The position numbers were made by a program, and so were the translations under genes. A stretch of DNA of 63,923 nucleotides, filler included, from an uncultured bacterium (lineage in GTDB: Bacteria; Hinthialibacterota; Hinthialibacteria; Hinthialibacterales; Hinthialibacteraceae), in the NCBI GenBank assembly GCA_964449065.1. It is 3 parts of 3 records of this genome, joined end to end, with 100 filler letters (N's around TTAATTAATTAA, not from the genome) between each part and the next. Parts side by side here need not be neighbours in the genome. Positions count along the whole stretch, not along the records: positions 25,471 to 50,772 come from CAYVAZ010000025.1; positions 50,873 to 63,923 come from CAYVAZ010000135.1; 1 more part is not named here. One strand, 5' to 3'. This document shows, piece by piece, positions 47,743-57,861 of the stretch (position 1 is its first letter; each line of letters opens with the position of its first letter). Below the pieces are notes generated by a model. It saw only the letters and a program-made list of their open reading frames with translations. It did not search any database and was not told where the DNA came from.

Positions 47743-49671
47743 TTAGATTTCAACGATGCGTATGAAGGATGACCCTTGATTTGTGCTGGATCCACTCGTA
47801 CTGCTGGTGGTTGATGATGTCGATGAACCGGAAACAAATACTCCCGGATCAAGTTGCCGGGGTGGAATGACAACTTCATCCGATTCATCGCTTGGAGTGC
47901 TGCCTGTATCCGTGCCATCCGTTCCTGTTGTTGGCGTTCCATCCGTTGTTGTATCGTCTGTTGTTGTATCGGTTGTATCAGTTGAATCTGTGGCGCCGTT
48001 TCCGGCTGCCGGATCCGTTGTGTCTCCGGTATCATCCGCAGGAGCGGTTGTGTCCGTGGCGCTATCTGTATTGTCCGTGTTGTCCGTTGGAGTTGTTGTA
48101 TCCGTCGAATCACCGGTATCATCTGTAGGAGTGGTTGTGTTATCAGCGTTACCTGCCGTATCTGTATCATCTGTTGTATCGGCGTTGGGATTGATACCGA
48201 AACGTTCCTGCAATCTAGCTAAGGCTTCGTTAAAGCGTTCATCAATTTGAACCAACCGGTTGTCCAAGCCAATATCAATCCGTTCCAACGCGCTTTCAAA
48301 ACGGCTTTCGATATTGGTGCGGCGTTCCGCTCTTCTTTCATCGAAGTTGGTTACCCGCCCGTTTTCAAGCTCATCCAAGCGGTTGAAGCGTTCGGTAAAG
48401 CGCTGTTCGATTTGGGAAAGACGCTCGGGGTTACCGGCGAAGCGTTCTTCCAATTCAGCCTGCCGTTCGGTCAGACGTTCTCTCCGGTCGGTAAAGTTCT
48501 CTTCGATGTTCGCGCCGCGTTCGGTGGTGTTGTTGTCAAAGCGTTCCAGCCGCTCGGCAAAGCGTTCTTCAATATTGCCGCGGCGTTGACCGAAGTTTTC
48601 CGTAGCGCGTTCACGGCGTTCATCAAAGCGGTCTTCTAATCTTGCCAAAGCGGTTTCAAAGGTTTCCGGTTCATTGTTGGCATCGTTCCCGGTTGGGGCG
48701 GTGCTTGCAACCGGTTCTTGTGTTTCCGGATCCAGGGTGATGCCAAAGCGTTCCGCCACACGGTTGAGAGCGGTATCAAAACGCTCTTCCAAACGGGTAA
48801 TGCGGTTATCAAAGCGTTGGTCAATCCGGTCTTGTGCGTTGGTGAAATTTTCATCAATCCGGGCTTGCCTATCCGCGGTGCGTTCCTCAAAGCGGGATTG
48901 CACTTCGGATTGGCGATCATTGATTCGGGTGATCCGCTCATTAAAGCGCTCTTCCGCGCGGGCTAAGCGTTCGGGATTTTCCGCAAAGCGTTCTTGGGCT
49001 TGGGCAAAGCGCTCGTTGGCGCGTTCAATCCGGTTGGCAAAGCTTTCATCGATACGGGTTTGGCGGTCTAGGGTTCTTTCGTCAAAGCGTTCCTGCAAGT
49101 TGCTAAGCCGTTCATCAAGATTATTCGAACGGTTTACGAAGCGCTCTTCTATGCGGGTACGCCTTTCCTCAAACCGTTCTTCCAAGCGGGTGCGTGCTTC
49201 TAAAAAGCTTTGAAGATTGGATGAATTTTCAGCGTTCTGCGTGACAGCAGGTGTATCGACGGTTTCATTGGCATCATCCACATCACCGGAATCATCCGAG
49301 GGGGTGACGGTGGAGTCATTGGTTACATCAATAACATCACCGGCGTTTGCGGGTCCCGGCCCGGAAAAAAAGTTAAAGTTAATTTGATTGTTATTACCGT
49401 TTATGTTAATCGTAACGTTGGAACCGTTGTTGGAGCCGAATGTGATGTTGTTATCGTCGGTATCATTCAGTGAGCTATTTTGTGTGGCAGTAATAGCGTT
49501 TACGGAAAGTTGAACGGAATCGGTGTTAAGGGTAACTTGAGTGTTGTTCGCCCCGCCTTGAACAAGGGAATTGGATCCGTTACCGTTCGAGTTGGCGTTT
49601 CCGCGGTTCACTTCAATGAAGTTGTTAAAAGCATTAATAATGCCATTTACTGAGTTGGGGGCTGTAACCAT
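47743..49671 (-). CDS. Hypothetical protein with Asn-rich N-terminus, R/E-rich 11-mer helical repeats and Thr/Asp tail
   Basis: Long ORF, GAGGTG SD before ATG 49671, repeated RxEERFxER units. Confidence 0.8.
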   Translation of the reverse strand: MVTAPNSVNGIINAFNNFIEVNRGNANSNGNGSNSLVQGGANNTQVTLNTDSVQLSVNAITATQNSSLNDTDDNNITFGSNNGSNVTININGNNNQINFNFFSGPGPANAGDVIDVTNDSTVTPSDDSGDVDDANETVDTPAVTQNAENSSNLQSFLEARTRLEERFEERRTRIEERFVNRSNNLDERLSNLQERFDERTLDRQTRIDESFANRIERANERFAQAQERFAENPERLARAEERFNERITRINDRQSEVQSRFEERTADRQARIDENFTNAQDRIDQRFDNRITRLEERFDTALNRVAERFGITLDPETQEPVASTAPTGNDANNEPETFETALARLEDRFDERRERATENFGQRRGNIEERFAERLERFDNNTTERGANIEENFTDRRERLTERQAELEERFAGNPERLSQIEQRFTERFNRLDELENGRVTNFDERRAERRTNIESRFESALERIDIGLDNRLVQIDERFNEALARLQERFGINPNADTTDDTDTAGNADNTTTPTDDTGDSTDTTTPTDNTDNTDSATDTTAPADDTGDTTDPAAGNGATDSTDTTDTTTDDTTTDGTPTTGTDGTDTGSTPSDESDEVVIPPRQLDPGVFVSGSSTSSTTSSTSGSSTNQGSSFIRIVEI

Positions 49672-49779
49672 TTTTATCCACACCTCAAGCCATATTTTTA
49701 TGGCTTAAACATCGCCTACTTCAACCACAATCTGTTATAACAGATATCATTCAAAGGTCTATTTAACCTGATAAACCTA

Positions 49780-49806
49780 TTATCGTCAAGATTAATTTTA
49801 ACTTGA
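49780..49806 (-). promoter_or_regulatory. sigma28 (FliA)-type promoter
   Basis: TCAAGTTA-N11-GACGATAA versus consensus TAAAGTTT-N11-GCCGATAA. Confidence 0.65.
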
Positions 49807-49922
49807 ATAAATACCACTTTTTAGCCGTTGTGATTAACGGTCTGTCATTTTAACATAAATTTATATTATGTTATATATATTTCCATAATGATAATTATTT
49901 ATGTAGATTGAACATTAAACCA

Positions 49923-50772
49923 TTAAAATTGATGTAACGATTCCACAAAATCTTGCCGCTGCACTTTTCCGTTCGGCAGTACTTCTTCCAACTTAGTCAT
50001 TATAGGAAAAAAGTCTTTGTCATCTGTGGCGGAGAATGAAATGGATGGACTGACAAGATTTTGTAGATAGTTCAGCTCGGCTTCGTCTTCAACGGCATCG
50101 CGTTTGTTGAATATCGTTAATACCGGTTTGTCATCTACCTTCATTTCTTTCAGGATTCCCATTACGGATTCAATGTGCTTCTCCGCGTTGGGGCTGGAAG
50201 CATCGACCACATGAATTAGCAAATCGGCTTCTTCCACTTCAGCCAACGTGGCGCGGAAGGCATCCAACAGCAGAGGCGGCAGGTCTTCGATGAATCCCAC
50301 TGTATCCGAAATGAGCAATTTTTGCCCCGTCGTAAGATGAAAACGCCGGGTCGTGGTATCTAACGTGCAGAAGAGTTGATCTTTTGCGGTCACATTCGAT
50401 TTGGTCAACCGGTTTAAAATGGTGGATTTGCCCGCGTTGGTATATCCGACCAACGCAACCGCGACACCGCCATCACGTTTGCGGCCGCTGCGCTGCACTT
50501 TTCCGACTTCTTTACACTTTTTGTATTCGCCTCTGAGTTTGCTGATGCGTTTGTCGATCTTTCGGCGGTCGACTTCCAGTTTGGTTTCGCCCGGGCCGCG
50601 GGTACCCACACCGCCGCCGAGTTTGGAGAGCATGTTATAGCGCCCGGTCAGGCGGGGTTTGAGATATTGCAGCTGTGCCAGTTCGACTTGAATTTTTCCA
50701 TCACGGGTGATGGCGTGTTGGGCAAAAATATCGAGAATCAACTCGGTACGGTCGATGACACGGCGGTCAAGC
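49923..50772 (-). CDS. hflX: GTPase HflX (5' part lost in gap)
   Basis: ILDIFAQHA, GTRGPGETKLEVDRR, VGYTNAGKST, DTVGFI, NKRD. Confidence 0.95.
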
Positions 50773-50872
50773 NNNNNNNNNNNNNNNNNNNNNNNNNNNN
50801 NNNNNNNNNNNNNNNNTTAATTAATTAANNNNNNNNNNNNNNNNNNNNNNNNNNNNNNNNNNNNNNNNNNNN
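50773..50872. other. Scaffold gap with TTAATTAATTAA linker
   Basis: Run of N with an artificial spacer. Confidence 0.98.
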
Positions 50873-50924
50873 GATACCAATGTTCCCGCGAGGAAGCGGG
50901 ATCATAGCGTTTTTCTAGTTCCAT
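50873..50924 (-). CDS. valS: Probable 5' tip of valyl-tRNA synthetase running into the gap
   Basis: MELEKRYDPASSREHWY resembles the ValRS start MxLxKxYDPxxxExxWY; only 17 codons visible. Confidence 0.55.
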
Positions 50925-51100
50925 GATTTACATATTTAAGAAAAAATTTAGTTTAAGATTTGACAATATAAGATACTAACAGGAAAAGCGAAGTTGCAAC
51001 ACACTTTTTCATAAAAGAAGACATCCATAGATTCAAAACGCAAATTTATTCATGCAAAATTGTTTAAAACTTCATTAAATTGAAGATAGATGATTCAACT

Positions 51101-52144
51101 TTATGTAGTCCTTTGTTCTTTTTTGTGATCTTTCTTAGAATTTCCGGTCTTTTTGTTGTGCTGGAGATTACTGTCAGAGTTTCGTCTTGTTTTCTCAGAA
51201 GAGTTTCTATTGGAATCTCTTGAATTGTTTTTTTGCATAATTTGGTCAACATCACTTTTATTCTCCTTTTTTTCTGATGTATCAGACAAGACTTTAAAGC
51301 AAGTATCTTCTGGGTTTTGTCTTGGTATCTTACATATATTATCGTATAAAATATCTAGCAATTCAGCAAGTTCTTTTTCATTTTCACTGGGTTCCCTGAC
51401 ATTTTCAAATAGTTCTGACGCTTCTTGACGATCAATTACAAAACCATGTGACGGGTAGGCTGTAGTCAAATATTCAAGTGTTTGTTCATCAAAATTCAAA
51501 CTTTTTGGATGCAATCGCCTCCCATAACCTTCAGCAATTTTCATATCTCGGGCAGCTTCCCCTAAATGCATGGGATCAATTTGAGCACAGATAGGAGACA
51601 ACAAACCTATTGTCAATTTGGTCGAAATTTCCATTGCAGTTTTTAAAGTAATTTGACCTCCACTTTTTTGCTCTAAAGTTAGAAAATATCTTTCAAATGC
51701 TGTAAACGCTTTTTCCCTTAGGGATGAAAAAGCAGAATTGATCGTTAAGCCAGATTGGAACTCAAACAATTCATCTTTCTTTGTAATCTGTACATCTAAA
51801 GGACCTAATTCACCATGATCTGATATGATCAATTCATTTGCTCCAAGTGCAATTAACGTACCTGCACTTTTACAATAACCTGTAACATAGAGATAAAACT
51901 TTTCATATTTTGTTTGAAGACATCTTGCAATTCTATAAGCTGCATCAGCACTTCCACCGGGCGTAACTAAAATTAGAAATATATTGTTTTTTTGCTTTTT
52001 TTGATTAAAAATTGAAATTATTTCATTGTCAGAAAACCTTACAATTTGTCCATTAAACAAAACAATATCGGCATTTAATTGATCTGATATCAGTTCAATC
52101 AGTTCATTGATCCGACTTTCAATTTGATCCAATTTAGTGTCCAT
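51101..52144 (-). CDS. SDH-family ClpP-fold serine protease, AT-rich
   Basis: LVTPGGSADAAY, CKSAGTLIALGA, LGPLDVQ, YPSHGFVI. Confidence 0.85.
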   Translation of the reverse strand: MDTKLDQIESRINELIELISDQLNADIVLFNGQIVRFSDNEIISIFNQKKQKNNIFLILVTPGGSADAAYRIARCLQTKYEKFYLYVTGYCKSAGTLIALGANELIISDHGELGPLDVQITKKDELFEFQSGLTINSAFSSLREKAFTAFERYFLTLEQKSGGQITLKTAMEISTKLTIGLLSPICAQIDPMHLGEAARDMKIAEGYGRRLHPKSLNFDEQTLEYLTTAYPSHGFVIDRQEASELFENVREPSENEKELAELLDILYDNICKIPRQNPEDTCFKVLSDTSEKKENKSDVDQIMQKNNSRDSNRNSSEKTRRNSDSNLQHNKKTGNSKKDHKKEQRTT

Positions 52145-52202
52145 ACAACATCTCAATCAGCAATCTAACATCAATTTTCTGTCAAAAATATACAATAACA
52201 AA

Positions 52203-52237
52203 AACCAAAAGGGAAGGTAACCCCTTCCCTTTTGGTT
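52203..52237. terminator. Intrinsic terminator after rpsU
   Basis: AACCAAAAGGGAAGG / CCTTCCCTTTTGGTT stem, T-run on the minus strand. Confidence 0.75.
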
Positions 52238-52261
52238 GAATCATCCGATATAAAGCCGGTT

Positions 52262-52468
52262 TTAGTAGTTGTTTTTCATGCGGTTTTTCTTTTGCCGCTT
52301 TACGGCTTTGAGGTGCTTCTTGCGCTTGCGAACGCTGGGTTTCTCGTAGAACGCGTTTTTGCGGATATCTTGCGGGATGGACTCTTTGATGCATTTCCGC
52401 TTAAACCGCTTCAGCGCTGTGTTAATATCTTCGTCTTCACGAACGTCTACCGCGACCAAATCAATCAC
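52262..52468 (-). CDS. rpsU: 30S ribosomal protein bS21 (start GTG 52468 or TTG 52459)
   Basis: EDINTALKRFKRK, FYEKPSVRKRKK. Confidence 0.92.
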   Translation of the reverse strand: MIDLVAVDVREDEDINTALKRFKRKCIKESIPQDIRKNAFYEKPSVRKRKKHLKAVKRQKKNRMKNNY

Positions 52469-52927
52469 CAACCTTTTTATTGAGATACGGTGCATGTTGC
52501 AGAGAAACGGTTCTGTCTGCAAAAGACCAGAAAGAAAAGTATATACTCCATACTTGAGATGTAAAGCCTGCTTTATGTGGATTCCACCAAAACGCACCCG
52601 AACCCGCAAAAACCGATGCGGCCCACGCTTGTGTGCCGCCACATTTGTTTCTTCATACCCGCCGATCTTCCTCAAACGTTGACACAGTACTAATACAGTT
52701 TCAACGTTTTATTGACGGGTTCGACCACTACCCCCGTAACAAAGGGGACAACAGCGGATAGCCAGTCATCATTTTTAGATTGACACAATATTAGTGATTA
52801 TTTAACCGAACCATAGCATTCTTAAGATATGGTTGCAAGTTATCAAAATCAAACCGTCGATACCAGTTATGGAAATGGTTATTGAAAAAGATAATATTAG
52901 AAGAATTCAACTTGCAGGAATCCGGTC

Positions 52928-53518
52928 ATGAAAACTGCATTTACCCTCATCGAATTGTTGATTGTCGTCGCCATCATCGGTATCTTGGCGGCAATTGCCG
53001 TTCCGATTTTTTTAAACGCGCAACTGAAAGCCAAAATCGCCTCCGTTCAGGGTGATTTTCACACCTTGATCCAAGCAGCGGATATGTATCTTATAGACTG
53101 GGGACGGTACCCAATAGATGGCGCATATGTTGCTAACGCAACAGAACATCCCAACGCCGGGTATCGAGGACTCACCACACCGGTGGCCTATATCAACAGC
53201 TTGGAACTGGCGCGCGACAACTTCGCCCATGTCCAATTCCGCATGCAAAACGGTCACGATTGGGATCAGTTCTACGAGTTCGGCTTTTCCAATGCGCTGA
53301 ACGGCAACGTGGACCCCGCCAAAAAACGCGACCGCTATTTCATCGAATCGGTCGGCCCGGATGGTCTGGACAGCATTCAAGGTACACGTGACTACCCCAA
53401 CAAACCAGGCCTCTTTGAGGCGTTTCATCCCTCCAACGGCTTAAGCAGCCGGGGGGATCTTTTTCGCGCGGGCGGCGCCGACATTCCCAATTGGCTGCCG
53501 GCACCGCAATCGCCATAA
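52928..53518 (+). CDS. Prepilin-type N-terminal cleavage/methylation domain protein
   Basis: AFTLIELLIVVAIIGILAAIAVP, LTTPVAY, SVGPD, FHPSNGLSSRGD. Confidence 0.88.
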   Translation: MKTAFTLIELLIVVAIIGILAAIAVPIFLNAQLKAKIASVQGDFHTLIQAADMYLIDWGRYPIDGAYVANATEHPNAGYRGLTTPVAYINSLELARDNFAHVQFRMQNGHDWDQFYEFGFSNALNGNVDPAKKRDRYFIESVGPDGLDSIQGTRDYPNKPGLFEAFHPSNGLSSRGDLFRAGGADIPNWLPAPQSP

Positions 53519-53690
53519 CCGGCGGACCGGCAAAAAGTCTGTTCGCATAGCGCAGGCTTCCAGCCCTTCGATATGTGGATTTGGGCTATACTGGGCATTG
53601 CTAAGATGCCTATACTGTATGATATGCTATTACGCTTTACACTTAACACGCTTTACACTAATTCACTGGTAACCGCTTTCACAAAACTGT

Positions 53691-53734
53691 ATGATTGCAA
53701 TAACGCAATGATTGCAATAACGCAATGATAGCAA
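53691..53734. repeat. 17-bp tandem repeat (ATGATTGCAATAACGCA, ~2.6 copies) upstream of the PQQ-like gene
   Basis: Directly visible; ACGCTTTACACT also occurs twice at 53632 and 53648. Confidence 0.7.
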
Positions 53735-53758
53735 CAAAACCATGAAAGAGACGACACT

Positions 53759-56700
53759 TTGATACCCATACTTTCGATTTTATTTCTCTTGTTTGGCGTC
53801 TCGTCGTATTCTAGCGATTGGCCGACTCATTTAAGTGACAACAACCGAAGTGCCTTTACCAAAGAATCCCTGCAATTTCCGCTTTATGAAGCATGGCGCT
53901 TCAACTCTCAATCTCCGCGGCGTGGGTGGGATGACCCGGCCAAGCAGGATTTTTGGCACCACGCAACCAACCTCAAACCCCGCATGATCTTCGACCGCGC
54001 GCCCTATGTGGTTTCTGCCGGCAACTACGTCTATTTCGGCAGCACGGTGGATGACCAAGTCTATTGCCTGGATGCCGATACCGGTAAGATCGTTTGGCGG
54101 TTCTACACTACGGCCCCGGTACGATTGCCCCCAACCCTGCATGACAACAAAGTCTTCGCCGGTTCAGACGATGGATATGTCTATTGTCTGGACGCGGAAT
54201 CCGGCGAACAGATTTGGAAATTTCACGCATCTCCCGCTCACCGCCTGCTGCCGGGAAACGAACGAATCATTTCTCCCTGGGCGGTGCGAACGGGTGTGTT
54301 GATCGATGAGGGCACCGCGTATTTCGCCTCAGGCATGTTCCCCGAAGAAACCGTGTATCTCTGTGCCGTAAACGCGCATGATGGAAGAGTTATATGGAAA
54401 CATAAGATCGCTTTCTCGCCGCAAGGGAATCTGCTGGCATCCGATACGCATCTATTTTTGCCTACAGGCAGAAGCACGCCCGCGGTGTTCAACAAAGCGG
54501 ATGGAGTGTTTCTGAAAGTATTATCCGGTTTTGGCGGATCGTATGCCGTATTGATGGGAAATCAGTTGGCCCACGGCCCGGGACGTACCGGACAGATCAG
54601 CGTGTCATCCACCGAATCGCAAGTCCAGATCGCCTCCTTCACCGGCAACCATATGATCGTCACGCCCAACGCATCTTACCTGCACACCGATACCGAACTC
54701 ACCGCCATTAACCGCCAACTATACACGCGGCACAAACGTGAACAAGCCAAGTTAACAAGCCATCAGCAATCCATTGAACGCAAACTGAAAAAAGCCAAAA
54801 GCGACGGCCGTGATGAACTCGAAACCGCCCTGGAAGCGGCATTACGTTCGGCGAAAAAAGCCCTGGGAGAAACGCAAGCCGAATTGCAGAAAAGCATCTT
54901 GTGGAACATCCCCTGCGCTCACCCCTATTCACTCATCCTGGCAGGAGATCATATTTACGCCGGCGGTGAAAATACGGTCGCGGCCTATGATGCCGCGGGC
55001 GGAAACGAAGTCTGGCGGGCAGATGTGCGCGGCAAAGCCTATGGTTTGGCAGTCGCGAATGGAAAACTGTTTGTCAGCACGGATCAGGGTGTGATTCATG
55101 GGTTTTCAATGAATCGTGTTCAATCCATCAATCGGGGGTCTCGTGGTAAGTCAACGCCGTTTCAATATTCGATTCCATCTGATAACCATGAAGCCCTGCA
55201 ACTAAATATTCAGCATGAAGACTTTCCAAATTCATCCGTACCGCAAAAGGGATATGCCGTACTGACCGGTTGGGATCAAGATACCGTTTCGTCTTTGATC
55301 GCGGCTTCTAAATTGCATATTCTTGTGTTTGAAGAAGAGAAAGACATTGTGGAAAATGCACGAAAGTGGCTTTCGGAACAGGATCTTTATGGAAAAAGAG
55401 TTGTCGTCTTTCCTGAAACGGCACAGCGGAGCGGTCTGGCAAACTATATTGCCAACCTTGTGCTCATTCCGAAGCGGTATGCGAAGCCTGTCCAAAAAGA
55501 TCGCAAACCATTTCTTTCAAACCTAGTCCGTCCACATGGGGGTATGCTGGCCATTCATCTTATGGATCAAGAAGGATTCTCATCTCACGCAAAAGAATCA
55601 AAACTGAAAATGGATGCAATTCTTAACGAGTACATTGACTGGAACGGCGTTCGGTCTATTGCTGTAAATCAAGGCGAAAACGGAACGTGGTTAATTGCGT
55701 ACCGGAATCCGCTGCCCAACACCGGCGAATGGACCCACCTCTACGCCAACGCGGGCAACACCGCGTCCAGCGGCGATCAGACCATCACCCAAAATACCCG
55801 CTTGCAATGGTTCGGCCGTCCGGGACCGCGATGGATGATTGACCGCCATCTGCGTCCGCCGTCTCCATTGGCGAAAGGCGGCCGCTTGTTCATCCAGGCC
55901 AACGACAAAATCATCGCGGCAGATGCCTACAACGGCACGGTGTTGTGGGAAACCGGTGTGCCCGGGTTCCGCCGGGTGGGCATCCCATACGATAGCGGCA
56001 ACATGGTCGTGACGGATAAATATCTTTATGCGGTTGCCGGTAATGATTGCTGGGTGCTGGATGTGGAGACGGGCTCGAAAGTAAAAGCGTTGAACCTACC
56101 CCCTTCAATTCAAAAAAAGTTCCCTGGTCATGAATGGGGGTTTCTCGCATACAGCAATGGCTTCATTATTGGATCGGCGCAGCATCCCAATGCATCCAGA
56201 ACCGAGATGAGCCGGGATGCTATCTTGGAGCAGTATGGCACATTCCGGCCGTTGGTGACCAGCGATGCGCTGTTTCTGTTGCGAGAAGATAGCCAAGAGC
56301 CAGTTTTGCTTGCGAACAAGAACAGTATTATCAACACCACAATCGGCGCGAACTCATCTGATATATTTTGGATTGAGTGCAATCCGAAAGATGCCATTGA
56401 AGGCCAAACGGGAAGAATACCGCTGGGGCATCTGTTAACCGGAGATGTGTATTTAACCGGCCGTCATCTAACAACCGGGAAAGAATCATTTAAACGGAAT
56501 ATTGATATTGGTCACTTGCAACATATCGTTTATCTCTCCTGCACCGAAGATATCGTAACGATAGTGGGCTCGTATGACAACCTGGAAACCCGCTCGGTTT
56601 GGTACAGCGTGATGGCATTCGATGCCGATACCGGAGAGCATCTGTGGCACCAACGGCATGAGAACAACCGCAAGGGACTCGGCGGCGACCACGGCGAGCA

Positions 56701-57052
56701 GGTGCATCATCCTGTCATCTTGGATGACAGGATCATCGCCGAACCGGTTGCGTACGAATTGCTGTCCGGCGAACAAATCACCGTGGACGAGAACCCCTGG
56801 TATATCCCCGCACGCAGCGGCTGCGGCACAATATCCGCGTCGGCGGGTTGCCTATTATTCCGCGACAGCAACCCGGTCATCATGGACATGAATTCAGGGA
56901 ACGGTCACACACCGCTGACGCCGGTCAACCGCCCGGGATGCTGGATCAGTATGATCCCCGCAGACGGGCTGGTGCTGATGCCCGAAGCCAGTTCAGGATG
57001 CACCTGCAATTATTCCATCCAAACCTCAATGGCGTTTGTGCCGGTGGATTAG
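53759..57052 (+). CDS. PQQ-like (BamB-type) beta-propeller repeat protein
   Basis: DWPT, YCLDADTGKIVW, GSDDGYVYCLDA, ISPWAVRTG, GEWTHLY, DAYNG, RPGCWI...PEASSGCTC. Confidence 0.85.
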   Translation: MIPILSILFLLFGVSSYSSDWPTHLSDNNRSAFTKESLQFPLYEAWRFNSQSPRRGWDDPAKQDFWHHATNLKPRMIFDRAPYVVSAGNYVYFGSTVDDQVYCLDADTGKIVWRFYTTAPVRLPPTLHDNKVFAGSDDGYVYCLDAESGEQIWKFHASPAHRLLPGNERIISPWAVRTGVLIDEGTAYFASGMFPEETVYLCAVNAHDGRVIWKHKIAFSPQGNLLASDTHLFLPTGRSTPAVFNKADGVFLKVLSGFGGSYAVLMGNQLAHGPGRTGQISVSSTESQVQIASFTGNHMIVTPNASYLHTDTELTAINRQLYTRHKREQAKLTSHQQSIERKLKKAKSDGRDELETALEAALRSAKKALGETQAELQKSILWNIPCAHPYSLILAGDHIYAGGENTVAAYDAAGGNEVWRADVRGKAYGLAVANGKLFVSTDQGVIHGFSMNRVQSINRGSRGKSTPFQYSIPSDNHEALQLNIQHEDFPNSSVPQKGYAVLTGWDQDTVSSLIAASKLHILVFEEEKDIVENARKWLSEQDLYGKRVVVFPETAQRSGLANYIANLVLIPKRYAKPVQKDRKPFLSNLVRPHGGMLAIHLMDQEGFSSHAKESKLKMDAILNEYIDWNGVRSIAVNQGENGTWLIAYRNPLPNTGEWTHLYANAGNTASSGDQTITQNTRLQWFGRPGPRWMIDRHLRPPSPLAKGGRLFIQANDKIIAADAYNGTVLWETGVPGFRRVGIPYDSGNMVVTDKYLYAVAGNDCWVLDVETGSKVKALNLPPSIQKKFPGHEWGFLAYSNGFIIGSAQHPNASRTEMSRDAILEQYGTFRPLVTSDALFLLREDSQEPVLLANKNSIINTTIGANSSDIFWIECNPKDAIEGQTGRIPLGHLLTGDVYLTGRHLTTGKESFKRNIDIGHLQHIVYLSCTEDIVTIVGSYDNLETRSVWYSVMAFDADTGEHLWHQRHENNRKGLGGDHGEQVHHPVILDDRIIAEPVAYELLSGEQITVDENPWYIPARSGCGTISASAGCLLFRDSNPVIMDMNSGNGHTPLTPVNRPGCWISMIPADGLVLMPEASSGCTCNYSIQTSMAFVPVD

Positions 57053-57060
57053 TACACTTA

Positions 57061-57389
57061 CTACCACAATTTCCTTTTTCTGAGATTATGCGGTGGGGTG
57101 TTGTAACGGTCTCCTACCTCTTGTTGATCTGGTCTAACCGGTGCGCGAGTGTGTGTGGGTTTCAATAACATCATGAGCGTGTGCCGACCATTTCTGCCGG
57201 AATGTTCCATCCTCCAAATAGTGCTGGGTAAGATCATGTAGTTCTTCCTACGTCCTGGCCGCTTCCGGCCGACAGCCCGGTTTCGCCCAAATCCTTTAAC
57301 ATCCCAGTTAATCCTTTGCATTTGTGCAACGCTAGCGTTACATCATCTAACTTGTGCGGTTTTAAATAGGCTTTAATTTCTTTCATCAT
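57061..57389 (-). pseudogene. P-II family regulator remnant
   Basis: MKEIKAYLKPHKLDDVTLALHKCKGLTG, then frameshift to DVKGFGRNRA; follows the czcA-like remnant. Confidence 0.7.
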
Positions 57390-57398
57390 TTCACCTCT

Positions 57399-57812
57399 TT
57401 ATATTTCTTGAGATTCTTCAGCAGGATTAATGGCGAACCATTTATACAGTGATGGCAAAACCAACAGGGTTAAAATGGTCGAAGTAATCAACCCTCCCAC
57501 AACCACAATCGCGAGCGGACTTTGGACCTCGCTGCCGGTTTCTTCTGAAAACAGCAAGGGGATCATTCCCTGGGCGGTTGTCAGCGCGGTCATTAATACC
57601 GGGCGCAAACGCAACTCTGTCCCCAGGACAGACGCCTTACCGACCGGTATCCCGTCTTGCAGCAATTGATTGAGGTAGGTCATCAGAACCATGCCGTTTT
57701 GTAAGGCGATTCCAAACAAGGCAATAAACCCGACCGAGGCAGGCACCGACAGGTTTTTCCCATCAGCCATAACCCAACCACACCGCCCACGAGCGCAAAT
57801 GGAATTGAAGTG
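57399..57812 (-). pseudogene. CzcA/CusA heavy-metal RND C-terminal remnant
   Basis: SIPFALVGG (frameshift) LSVPASVGFIALFGIALQNG, RLRPVLMTA, GSEVQSPLA. Confidence 0.85.
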
Positions 57813-57861
57813 TACCCGACAGCCTATCGATCCCCCTTTAACGATTCCCATGCCGGGCCAG

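Noticed and set aside
47880..48190. Thr/Asp-coding quasi-repeats as a DNA repeat array or DGR template
   Set aside because: Degenerate low-complexity coding sequence; no reverse transcriptase or TR/VR pair seen.
50884..50902. TCCCGC...GCGGGA hairpin as a tRNA or REP
   Set aside because: Lies within the putative valS start; no cloverleaf and no other copies seen.
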